The position numbers and the translations under genes were made by a program. From Pseudomonas aeruginosa (GTDB lineage: Bacteria; Pseudomonadota; Gammaproteobacteria; Pseudomonadales; Pseudomonadaceae): 32,000 nt of DNA. Each line of letters starts with the position of its first letter. Position 1 is the first letter of the stretch. A model generated the notes under the pieces. That model did no database searches, was not told the origin of the DNA, and worked only from the letters and a program-made list of their open reading frames with translations. Location: positions 6,150,001 through 6,182,000 of the forward strand of contig NZ_LN831024.1 of assembly GCF_001457615.1 (NCBI RefSeq). The letters are read 5' to 3'. This document shows positions 17,259 to 26,565 of this stretch, one piece after another.

Positions 17259-19082
17259 TCAGCCCGCAATCTCGATCAGGATCTCGCCCGGGTTGACCCG
17301 GTCGCCCTTGGCCACGTGGATCGCCTTGACCGTACCGGCGATGCCGGCCTGGACCTCGGTTTCCATCTTCATCGCCTCGGTGATCAACACCGCCTGGCCG
17401 GCCTTGACGCTATCGCCTTCCTTCACCAGCACGTCGACGATGTTGCCCGGCATGGTGGTGCTGACGTGGCCCGGCTCGCTGGCATGCTTGCGGCCGCTGG
17501 CGGAGCCGGCGACATATTCGTTGAGCGGCTCGAACACCACTTCTTCCGGCATGCCGTCGATGGACAGGTAGAAGTGCCGCTTGTTGTCGCTCTTCACGCC
17601 GACCCCGGTGATGTCGACGCGGTAGGTCTCGCCGTGCACGTCGATGACGAACTCGGTCGGGGTGCCTTCCGCGCCGGCGGCGGCGACGCCCTTGCCGGTG
17701 GGAATCGGCAGCAGTTCCTCGGGCTTCAGGGTGCCGGCCTCACGCTCTTCGAGGAACTTGCGCCCGATGTCCGGGAACATCGCGTAGGTGAGTACGTCTT
17801 CCTCGGACTTGGCCAGGTTGCCGATCTCGCTGCGCAGCTTGTTCAGCTCCGGCTTGATCAGGTCGGCCGGGCGCACGTCGATGACTTCCTCGCTGCCGAT
17901 GGCCTGGCGCCGCAGTTGCTCGTTGACCTCGCCGGGGGCCTTGCCATAACGGCCCTGCAGGTACAGCTTCACTTCGTTGGTGATGGTCTTGTAGCGCTCG
18001 CCGGCGAGCACGTTGAAGAACGCCTGGGTGCCGACGATCTGCGAAGTCGGCGTCACCAGCGGCGGGAAACCGAGGTCGGCGCGGACCCGCGGGATTTCCT
18101 CGAGCACCTCGCCCATACGGTTCAGCGCGCCCTGCTCCTTGAGCTGGTTGGCCAGGTTGGAAATCATCCCGCCCGGCACCTGGTTGACCTGCACGCGGGT
18201 ATCCACGCCGGTGAATTCGCTCTCGAACTGGTGGTACTTCTTGCGCACCGCGTGGAAGTACATGCCGATCTCCTGGATCAGCTCCAGGTCCAGGCCGGTG
18301 TCGTAGGGGGTACCGCGCAGCGCCGCGACCATCGACTCGGTGCCCGGGTGGCTGGTGCCCCAGGCCATGCTGGAGATCGCCGTGTCGATACGGTCGGCGC
18401 CGTTTTCCACGGCCTTGAGCTGGCACATGCTGGCGACACCGGCGGTGTCATGGGAATGCACCACCACGTCCAGCGGCAGGGCGTCCTTCAGGGCCTTGAC
18501 CAGGTCGCCGGTGGCATAGGGGGTGAGCAGGCCGGCCATGTCCTTGATGGCGATGGAGTCGACGCCCATGTCGGCCATCGCCTTGCCCTGGGCGACGAAG
18601 GCCTCGATGGTGTGCACCGGGCTGGTGGTGTAGCAGATCGTGCCCTGGGCGTGCTTGCCGGCGGCCTTCACCGCCTCGATGGAGACGCGCAGGTTACGCA
18701 CGTCGTTCATCGCGTCGAAGATGCGGAACACGTCGATGCCGTTGACCGCCGCCTTGGCCACGAAGGCGCGCACCACATCGTCGCTGTAGTGGCGGTAGCC
18801 GAGCAGGTTCTGCCCGCGCAGGAGCATCTGCAGGCGGGTGTTGGGCAGCGCCGCCTTGAGCTTGCGCAGGCGTTCCCACGGGTCTTCCTTGAGGAAGCGC
18901 ACGCAGGCGTCGAAGGTGGCGCCGCCCCAGACTTCCAGCGACCAGTAGCCGACGCGGTCGAGCTTGTCGCAGATCGGCAGCATGTCCTCGGTGCGCATGC
19001 GGGTCGCCAGCAGCGACTGGTGGGCATCGCGCAGGATGGTATCGGTGACGCCGGTCTTCTTCGCTTGGATGGTGTTGCTCAT
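17259..19082 (-). CDS. pycB: Pyruvate carboxylase subunit B (carboxyltransferase + biotinyl carrier; OadA-like)
   Basis: 607-aa ORF with an HMGL-like carboxyltransferase N-terminus (TDTILRDAHQSLLATRMR) and a C-terminal biotinyl domain with EAMKME. Confidence 0.9.
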   Translation of the reverse strand: MSNTIQAKKTGVTDTILRDAHQSLLATRMRTEDMLPICDKLDRVGYWSLEVWGGATFDACVRFLKEDPWERLRKLKAALPNTRLQMLLRGQNLLGYRHYSDDVVRAFVAKAAVNGIDVFRIFDAMNDVRNLRVSIEAVKAAGKHAQGTICYTTSPVHTIEAFVAQGKAMADMGVDSIAIKDMAGLLTPYATGDLVKALKDALPLDVVVHSHDTAGVASMCQLKAVENGADRIDTAISSMAWGTSHPGTESMVAALRGTPYDTGLDLELIQEIGMYFHAVRKKYHQFESEFTGVDTRVQVNQVPGGMISNLANQLKEQGALNRMGEVLEEIPRVRADLGFPPLVTPTSQIVGTQAFFNVLAGERYKTITNEVKLYLQGRYGKAPGEVNEQLRRQAIGSEEVIDVRPADLIKPELNKLRSEIGNLAKSEEDVLTYAMFPDIGRKFLEEREAGTLKPEELLPIPTGKGVAAAGAEGTPTEFVIDVHGETYRVDITGVGVKSDNKRHFYLSIDGMPEEVVFEPLNEYVAGSASGRKHASEPGHVSTTMPGNIVDVLVKEGDSVKAGQAVLITEAMKMETEVQAGIAGTVKAIHVAKGDRVNPGEILIEIAG

Positions 19083-19097
19083 GTTCTGCTCCTTCCC

Positions 19098-20513
<1,416 letters not shown>

Positions 20514-20551
20514 GGAGGTCTCCCTCTTCGGGGTTGGGAACCTGGTACGGT

Positions 20552-20571
20552 CGATCCGGATATTCCGGTCG
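20552..20571. promoter_or_regulatory. Inverted repeat in the pycA leader
   Basis: CGA(t)CCGGA-tat-TCCGGTCG, 40-58 nt upstream of the pycA GTG. Confidence 0.3.
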
Positions 20572-20639
20572 CTGCATGACCGGCAGGCAGCTCCCGGTCG
20601 CGCTTTTACCCTACCCCCGTGAGGGTGATTAACAAAAAT

Positions 20640-20678
20640 CAATAATTATTGGGATAGCCATTAGAAAAGCTTTATAGT
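20640..20678 (+). promoter_or_regulatory. AT-rich pycA/pycR control region: 12-bp perfect palindrome overlapping a candidate pycR promoter
   Basis: CAATAATTATTG (20640-20651) overlaps a -35-like TTGGGA (20649-20654). After 18 nt comes a -10-like TATAGT (20673-20678). This is the only strongly AT-rich patch in the window. Confidence 0.4.
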
Positions 20679-20711
20679 CGCCCGACCGATCTCGGTCAGA
20701 GTGTGACTGGA

Positions 20712-21662
20712 ATGCGTAAGTCGTTGATGCGTATGACATTACGGCAGCTTCAGGTTTTTCGTGCCGTATGCGAGAGCCGCTCCTACAGCCGGGCGGCGGA
20801 GGAAATGGCCCTGACCCAGCCGGCGGTCAGCCTGCAGATCCGCCAACTGGAAGAGCTGGTCGGCCAGCCGCTGTTCGAGTACGTCGGCAAGAAGCTCTAC
20901 CTGACCGATGCCGCCGAAGCCCTGCTGAAGACCAGCACCGACCTGTTCCAGCGCCTGGAAAGCCTGGACATGCAGCTCTCGGACCTGAAGGGCTCGCTGC
21001 AGGGCCAGTTGCGCCTGGCGGTGGAGTCCAGCGCCAAGTACATCACCCCGCACCTGTTCAAGACGTTCCAGAACCTGCATCCGGAAGTCAGCCTGAGCCT
21101 GACGGTGGTCAACCGCACCCAGGTGATCAAGCGCCTGGCCGACAACCGCGACGACCTGGTGATCATGTCCCTGGTACCGCAGGACATGGCCCTGGAGTTC
21201 CTGCCCTTCCTGAACAACCCGATCATCGCCGTGGCGCCGCCGGACCATCCGCTGTGCAACGCCGCGAAGCTGGCCCTGAAGGACCTGGAGCCCTTCCCGC
21301 TACTGGTCCGCGAACCGGGCTCCGGCACCCGCAAGGCTTGCGAGGAGTTCTTCCAGCAACGCCGCGCGCACTTCTCGCAGATCCAGGAGATCGCCTCGCT
21401 GGAGTCCCTGCGCGAAGGGGTGATCGCCGGCCTCGGCCTGGCCCTGCTGCCGCGCCATGCGGCGCACCAGGAACTGGCCAACGGCCTGCTGCGCGAACTA
21501 CCGGTGGAGGAATTGCCGCTCTATCGCAGCTGGTGCCTGGTGCACGCCAAGGGCAAGCGCCTGAGCCCGGTGGCCCAGGCGTTCGTCGCCTTCGTCCGCG
21601 AGGAGCGGGCGCTGATCAGCCAGCTCGCTGGGCGCTTCGCCGGCCCTGGCGGTTCGAGCTGA
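20712..21662 (+). CDS. pycR: LysR-family regulator divergent from pycAB
   Basis: The HTH region reads LRQLQVFRAVCESRSYSRAAEEMALTQPAVSLQIRQLE. The start is ambiguous among GTG 20703 and ATG 20712, 20727 and 20733. The stop codon is at 21660-21662. Confidence 0.8.
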   Translation: MRKSLMRMTLRQLQVFRAVCESRSYSRAAEEMALTQPAVSLQIRQLEELVGQPLFEYVGKKLYLTDAAEALLKTSTDLFQRLESLDMQLSDLKGSLQGQLRLAVESSAKYITPHLFKTFQNLHPEVSLSLTVVNRTQVIKRLADNRDDLVIMSLVPQDMALEFLPFLNNPIIAVAPPDHPLCNAAKLALKDLEPFPLLVREPGSGTRKACEEFFQQRRAHFSQIQEIASLESLREGVIAGLGLALLPRHAAHQELANGLLRELPVEELPLYRSWCLVHAKGKRLSPVAQAFVAFVREERALISQLAGRFAGPGGSS

Positions 21663-21831
21663 GGTAGGCGGCGGCTACCAGCTCGGGGTAGTCGGCCAGT
21701 TCCTGGCGCAGGCGCAGTTCTTCGCAGTGGTCCTCGATCGCCCGGCGGAATTGCATGCGCCGCTGGTCTTCGAGCTTGCGGCGGGTTTTCGAATCCACGT
21801 GCTGGGCATTGGCATCGCTATGACGGGGCAT
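21616..21831 (-). CDS. Small Arg/Glu-rich hypothetical protein (71 aa)
   Basis: GGGAGA SD lies 6 nt upstream of the ATG. The core RRKLEDQRR…RRAIEDHCEELRLRQELADY resembles, from memory, small Pseudomonas proteins annotated as the PA3496 family. The 3' end overlaps the convergent pycR by 47 nt. Confidence 0.5.
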   Translation of the reverse strand: MPRHSDANAQHVDSKTRRKLEDQRRMQFRRAIEDHCEELRLRQELADYPELVAAAYLSSNRQGRRSAQRAG

Positions 21832-21937
21832 CTCGCGTCTCCCATGGCCGACTGGCTGGAGTCGCGAGCATCGCGCAGCAATGTGACGGTTTGGCGGCAG
21901 GCCGGTGAAGACTGCGTTATGCCTTCCCGGCGGCGCC

Positions 21938-22819
21938 TCAGGACGGCTCGCCGCGCTCTTCCTGGTTCTTCATCACCTTCGGCGACAGGCGCAGGCTGCG
22001 CAGGCTGCGCTTGACGCTCTTGAGGTGGTTGACCAGGTCCGGGCCGCGGGCCATGGCCACGCCCATCGCCAGCACGTCGATCACCACCAGGTGGGCGATG
22101 CGCGAGGTCAGCGGGGTGTAGATGTCGGTGTCCTCGTGCACGTCGATCGCCAGGTTGACCGTGGCCAGGTCGGCCAGCGGGGTCTGGCTCGGGCACAGGG
22201 TGATCAGCGTGGCGCCGGCCTCGCGCACCAGGTTGGCGGTGATCAGCAGGTCCTTCGAGCGACCCGACTGGGAAATGCAGATGGCCACGTCGCTGGGCTT
22301 GAGGGTCACCGCCGACATCGCCTGCATGTGCGGGTCGGAGTAGGCCGCCGCCGACAGCAGCAGGCGGAAGAACTTGTGCTGGGCATCCGAGGCCACCGCG
22401 CCGGAAGCGCCGAAGCCGTAGAACTCCACGCGCTGGGCGTGGGCGATGGCGGCGATGGCGCGCTCCAGGGCGTGGGTGTCCAGGTGCTCGCGGACTTCCA
22501 TCAGGCTGTGCAGCGTGGTGTCGAAGATCTTCAGGCTGAAGTCGGCCACCGAGTCGCTCTCATGGATCGAGAACTGGCCGAAGCTGGCGCCGGCCGCCAG
22601 GCTCTGCGCCAGCTTCAGCTTGAGGTCCTGGAAGCCGCTGCAGCCGATGGCGCGGCAGAAACGCACGATGGTCGGCTCGCTGACCCCGACCCCATGGGCC
22701 AGTTCGGCCATGGAGCTGTGCATGACCGACGCCGGATCGTTGAGAACGTGATCGGCGACCTTGAGTTCCGACTTGCGGAGCTGTTGGCGGGACTGGGCTA
22801 TGTGCTGCAGCAGGTTCAC
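21938..22819 (-). CDS. RpiR/HexR-like transcriptional regulator (HTH_6 + SIS domain)
   Basis: 293-aa ORF with GTG start. N-terminal HTH (ELKVADHVLNDPASVMHSSMAELAHGVGVSEPTIVRFCRAIG) plus a SIS domain (VEFYGFGASGAVA). Confidence 0.85.
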   Translation of the reverse strand: MNLLQHIAQSRQQLRKSELKVADHVLNDPASVMHSSMAELAHGVGVSEPTIVRFCRAIGCSGFQDLKLKLAQSLAAGASFGQFSIHESDSVADFSLKIFDTTLHSLMEVREHLDTHALERAIAAIAHAQRVEFYGFGASGAVASDAQHKFFRLLLSAAAYSDPHMQAMSAVTLKPSDVAICISQSGRSKDLLITANLVREAGATLITLCPSQTPLADLATVNLAIDVHEDTDIYTPLTSRIAHLVVIDVLAMGVAMARGPDLVNHLKSVKRSLRSLRLSPKVMKNQEERGEPS

Positions 22820-22847
22820 AGGCTGGGCTCGATTCTCTGTAGTAACC

Positions 22848-22864
22848 TTGTAGTTATACTACAA
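22848..22864. promoter_or_regulatory. HexR-type operator: perfect palindrome TTGTAGT-tat-ACTACAA
   Basis: 17-bp dyad in the centre of the 85-nt divergent spacer, matching the TTGT-N-ACAA HexR consensus. An extra TGTAGT half-site lies at 22838-22843. The dyad embeds -10-like TATACT on the + strand and TATAAC on the - strand. Confidence 0.6.
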
Positions 22865-22904
22865 ACAGTCAGCCACGCCCAGCCAACGCCGTCGGGAGCT
22901 TGCC

Positions 22905-24371
22905 TTGAGTACACCAGCCACTCCAACGTCCTGCGACATCCTGGTCTTCGGCGGTACCGGCGACCTGGCCCTGCACAAGCTGCTGCCGGCGCTCTATCGC
23001 CTGCACCGGGAGGACCGCCTGCCGGCCGATACACGGATCTTCGCCCTCGCCCGCAGCGCGCTGGACAACGCCGCCTTCCTCGCCCTCGCCGAGCGCAACG
23101 TCCGCGCGGTGGTGGCGCGCAGCGAGTTCGCCGCCGAACAATGGAAAGGCTTCGCCGCGCGCCTCGACTACCTGGCCATGGACGCCTCGCAGAGCGCAGA
23201 CTTCGGTCGTCTCGCGCGGCACCTGAAGAGCAGCGAGGGCCGGGTGCTGGTGCACTACCTGGCAACCTCGCCGAGCCTGTTCGCGCCGATCGCGCAGAAC
23301 CTCTCCATCGCCGGCCTCGCCGGGCCGCAAGCGCGCATCGTGCTGGAAAAACCGCTGGGCCATTCGCTGGACTCGGCGAGGGCGATCAACCAGTCCATCG
23401 GCCGGGTGTTCGACGAGTCGCGGGTGTTCCGCATCGACCACTACCTGGGCAAGGAAACCGTGCAGAACCTGATGGCCCTGCGCTTCGCCAATGCGTTGTT
23501 CGAGCCGGTCTGGCGCGCGGCGCACATCGACCATGTGCAGATCAGCGTCAACGAGACCCTTGGCGTGGAGAACCGCGGCGGCTACTACGACCACGCCGGG
23601 GCGATGCGCGACATGGTGCAGAACCATCTGCTCCAGTTGCTCTGCCTGGTGGCGATGGAGGCGCCGGTGCGTTTCGACGCCGAGGCTGTGCGCAACGAGA
23701 AGCTCAAGGTGCTGCAGGCGCTGAAGCCGATCTCCGGGCTCGACGTGCAGGACAAGACGGTACGCGGCCAGTACGCCGCCGGCAGGATCGGCGGCCAGGA
23801 GGTGCCGGCGTACTACTTCGAGAAGAACGTCGACAACGACAGCGATACCGAGACCTTCGTCGCGCTCCAGGCCGAGGTCGAGAACTGGCGCTGGGCCGGG
23901 GTGCCGTTCTACCTGCGCACCGGCAAGCGCATGGCGCGCAAGTGCTCGGAAATCGTCATCCAGTTCAAGCCGGTGCCGCACAGCCTGATCGACGGCGGCG
24001 GCGGGCCGGCCAACCGCCTGTGGATAAGGTTGCAGCCGGAGGAGCGGATCAGCGTGCAACTGATGGCCAAGACCCCGGGCAAGGGCATGCAACTGGAACC
24101 GGTGGAGCTGGACCTCAACCTGGCCGAGGCCCTCAGCCGCAACAAGCGGCGCTGGGACGCCTACGAGCGCCTGCTGCTGGACGTGATCGAGGGCGACTCG
24201 ACGCTGTTCATGCGCCGCGACGAGGTAGAGGCCGCCTGGGGCTGGGTCGACCCGATCCTCGCCGGCTGGCGCGAGCACTACCAGAGCCCGCGGCCCTACC
24301 CGGCCGGCAGCAACGGCCCGGAACAGGCGCAACTGCTGCTGGAACTGCAGGGTCGACGCTGGCTGGAATGA
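22905..24371 (+). CDS. zwf: Glucose-6-phosphate 1-dehydrogenase (paralogue)
   Basis: 488-aa ORF with a TTG start and GGGAG SD 6 nt upstream. Motifs: NADP-binding GGTGDLA and active site RIDHYLGKE. Confidence 0.9.
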   Translation: MSTPATPTSCDILVFGGTGDLALHKLLPALYRLHREDRLPADTRIFALARSALDNAAFLALAERNVRAVVARSEFAAEQWKGFAARLDYLAMDASQSADFGRLARHLKSSEGRVLVHYLATSPSLFAPIAQNLSIAGLAGPQARIVLEKPLGHSLDSARAINQSIGRVFDESRVFRIDHYLGKETVQNLMALRFANALFEPVWRAAHIDHVQISVNETLGVENRGGYYDHAGAMRDMVQNHLLQLLCLVAMEAPVRFDAEAVRNEKLKVLQALKPISGLDVQDKTVRGQYAAGRIGGQEVPAYYFEKNVDNDSDTETFVALQAEVENWRWAGVPFYLRTGKRMARKCSEIVIQFKPVPHSLIDGGGGPANRLWIRLQPEERISVQLMAKTPGKGMQLEPVELDLNLAEALSRNKRRWDAYERLLLDVIEGDSTLFMRRDEVEAAWGWVDPILAGWREHYQSPRPYPAGSNGPEQAQLLLELQGRRWLE

Positions 24372-24451
24372 CGCGGACATTGATCCGGCTCAGGATCGCC
24401 CGGCGCGCGCTCGGCTAGAGTCGCGCGCCCACGTCGTTGCGAGCCCGAACC

Positions 24452-25846
24452 ATGACAGCCACCACCCTCCGCCCCGAACTGCTGTGCCCCGCCGGCACCC
24501 TGAAAAGCATGCGCTATGCCTTCGCCTACGGCGCCGATGCCGTCTACGCCGGGCAGCCGCGCTACAGTCTGCGGGTGCGCAACAACGATTTCGACCACGC
24601 CCAACTGGCCGAAGGCATCGCCGAGGCCCACGCACTTGGCAAGCGCTTCTACGTGGTGGTCAACATCGCCCCGCACAACGCCAAGCTGAAAACCTTCCTG
24701 CGCGACCTGGAGCCGGTGATCGCCATGGGTCCGGATGCACTGATCATGTCCGATCCCGGCCTGATCATGCTGGTTCGCCAGCATTTCCCGCAGATGCCCA
24801 TCCACCTGTCGGTGCAGGCCAACGCGGTGAACTGGGCCGCGGTGCAATTCTGGCGGCAGCAGGGCCTGACCCGGGTGATCCTTTCCCGCGAGCTGTCGCT
24901 GGAGGAGATCGAGGAAATCCGCCAGCAGGTGCCGGACATGGAGCTGGAAGTGTTCGTCCACGGCGCCTTGTGCATGGCCTATTCCGGGCGCTGCCTGCTG
25001 TCCGGCTACATCAACCGCCGCGACCCCAACCAGGGCACCTGCACCAATGCCTGCCGCTGGGAATACAAGGCGGTGGAGGGCCGCGAGGACGAGCTGGGCA
25101 ACGTGGTGGCGCGGGAGCCGACCCTGGGACGCGGCGCGCCGACCGAGCAGGTGTTCCTCCTCGAGGAAGGCAACCGTCCCGGCGAACCGATGGCCGCCTT
25201 CGAGGACGAACACGGCACCTACATCATGAATTCCAAGGACCTCCGCGCCGTGCAGCACGTCGAGCGGCTGGCGCGGATCGGCGTGCACTCGCTGAAGATC
25301 GAGGGCCGCACCAAATCCCACTACTACGTGGCGCGCACCGCCCAGGTCTACCGCCAGGCGATCGACGACGCGGCGGCCGGCAAGCCGTTCGACCGCGGTC
25401 TGATGGACACCCTGGAGTCCCTCGCCCACCGCGGCTACACCGAGGGCTTCCTGCGCCGCCACGTGCACGACGAGTACCAGAACTACCAGCACGGCCATTC
25501 GTTGTCCGAGCGCCAGCAGTTCGTCGGCGAACTCACCGGCGAACGCCGCGACGGACTGGCCGAGGTGGAGGTGAAGAACCGCTTCCAGCGCGGCGACAGC
25601 GTCGAACTGATGACTCCGCGAGGCAACCTGAGCCTGCGCGTGGAGGACCTGCGCAACGCCGCCGGCGAGGCCATCGAGGTGGCGCCGGGCAATGGCCACG
25701 TGGTCTACCTGGCGCTGCCGGAAGGCCTGGACCTGTGCTACGCGCTACTGATGCGCGATCTCCAGCCCGGCCAGGATACCCGCCAGCCGCAGGCCGAACG
25801 CAGCGGCGGGTGTGCCGGCAAGGGCGCTTGCGGCTGCGCTCACTGA
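24452..25846 (+). CDS. trhP: U32-family tRNA U34 hydroxylase (YegQ/TrhP orthologue)
   Basis: Near-colinear with E. coli YegQ as I recall it (PELLCPAGTLKSMRYAFAYGADAVYAGQPRYSLRVRNN…, CMAYSGRCLLSGYINRRDPNQGTCTNACRWEY). I prefer ATG 24452 over the TTG at 24437. Confidence 0.85.
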   Translation: MTATTLRPELLCPAGTLKSMRYAFAYGADAVYAGQPRYSLRVRNNDFDHAQLAEGIAEAHALGKRFYVVVNIAPHNAKLKTFLRDLEPVIAMGPDALIMSDPGLIMLVRQHFPQMPIHLSVQANAVNWAAVQFWRQQGLTRVILSRELSLEEIEEIRQQVPDMELEVFVHGALCMAYSGRCLLSGYINRRDPNQGTCTNACRWEYKAVEGREDELGNVVAREPTLGRGAPTEQVFLLEEGNRPGEPMAAFEDEHGTYIMNSKDLRAVQHVERLARIGVHSLKIEGRTKSHYYVARTAQVYRQAIDDAAAGKPFDRGLMDTLESLAHRGYTEGFLRRHVHDEYQNYQHGHSLSERQQFVGELTGERRDGLAEVEVKNRFQRGDSVELMTPRGNLSLRVEDLRNAAGEAIEVAPGNGHVVYLALPEGLDLCYALLMRDLQPGQDTRQPQAERSGGCAGKGACGCAH

Positions 25847-26565
25847 GGGTTGAGCAGGAACACCACGTAGCCCCTGAACCAGGGGCTCTTTTCCAGGTAG
25901 TCGGGGGCTTGCCAGTCGCCGCCCTGGACCAGGCCGATCCGGTACGGCAGCTGCAGGCGGCTGACCCGCGGGAGGTAGGCGGCGTGGTTGGGAATGCTGT
26001 GACGCCCCTGGTAGGTCTGCACCACCACTTCATCGACCACGCCCTTGAGCCGGTTGATCGCCGCCGGCTCGGCGTTGCTGCCCCAGTCGAGCAACCCGGT
26101 GATGCTCAAGCGGTATTCGCGGGGCAGGCGCCGGCGCAGGTCGCGGAGGAAATCGACGTACTCGTCGAGGTAGCGGGTACGCGCATCGAAGTCGATCTGG
26201 ATGCCGACCACCGGGTTGCCGGCACGCTTCCAGCGCTGCACCTGGTTCAGCACGGCCTGGTAGATCTGCGGCGTCCAGCGCAGGGTATGGGCGCGGTACA
26301 CCACCCAGACCTCGCCCCGCGCCAGGCGTGGCACCGAGATGCCCTGGGCGATCAGCCGCACGCCCTCGCCGGGGCGCCGGCGCGACTGGCTGATCTGTCC
26401 CTGCAGGATGTACAGCGTCTCGGCCCGCGCCAGCACCGGCTGCGGCGCGACGCCGCTCCACAGCCAGAAGGCGCCGTAGTCCTCGGCGCGCACCGCGGCC
26501 TCGACGGACGGCAACAGCGGCAGGCCCAGCAACAGGCCCGCCAGCCAGGCTCGCCAGCGCCTCAC
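25840..26565 (-). CDS. Secreted DUF3142-like protein (possible glycoside-hydrolase-like TIM barrel)
   Basis: I prefer GTG 26565, which overlaps the upstream TGA (GTGA). It gives the signal peptide VRRWRAWLAGLLLGLPLLPSVEA. The body has an alternating beta/alpha pattern with VVGIQIDFD. The track start at 26631 would bury the signal peptide. Confidence 0.65.
   Translation of the reverse strand: MRRWRAWLAGLLLGLPLLPSVEAAVRAEDYGAFWLWSGVAPQPVLARAETLYILQGQISQSRRRPGEGVRLIAQGISVPRLARGEVWVVYRAHTLRWTPQIYQAVLNQVQRWKRAGNPVVGIQIDFDARTRYLDEYVDFLRDLRRRLPREYRLSITGLLDWGSNAEPAAINRLKGVVDEVVVQTYQGRHSIPNHAAYLPRVSRLQLPYRIGLVQGGDWQAPDYLEKSPWFRGYVVFLLNPQ

Noticed and set aside
20626-20680. AT-rich patch considered as a possible insertion scar, island boundary or mobile-element end.
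   Set aside because: It is only about 55 nt long and has no flanking direct or inverted terminal repeats or mobility genes. It sits exactly in a divergent promoter region, where AT-rich promoter and operator DNA is expected.
22893-22907. Whether the zwf paralogue is a pseudogene because it lacks an ATG start.
   Set aside because: A TTG codon with a well-spaced GGGAG SD opens an uninterrupted 488-codon frame with all catalytic motifs intact, so it is most likely functional.
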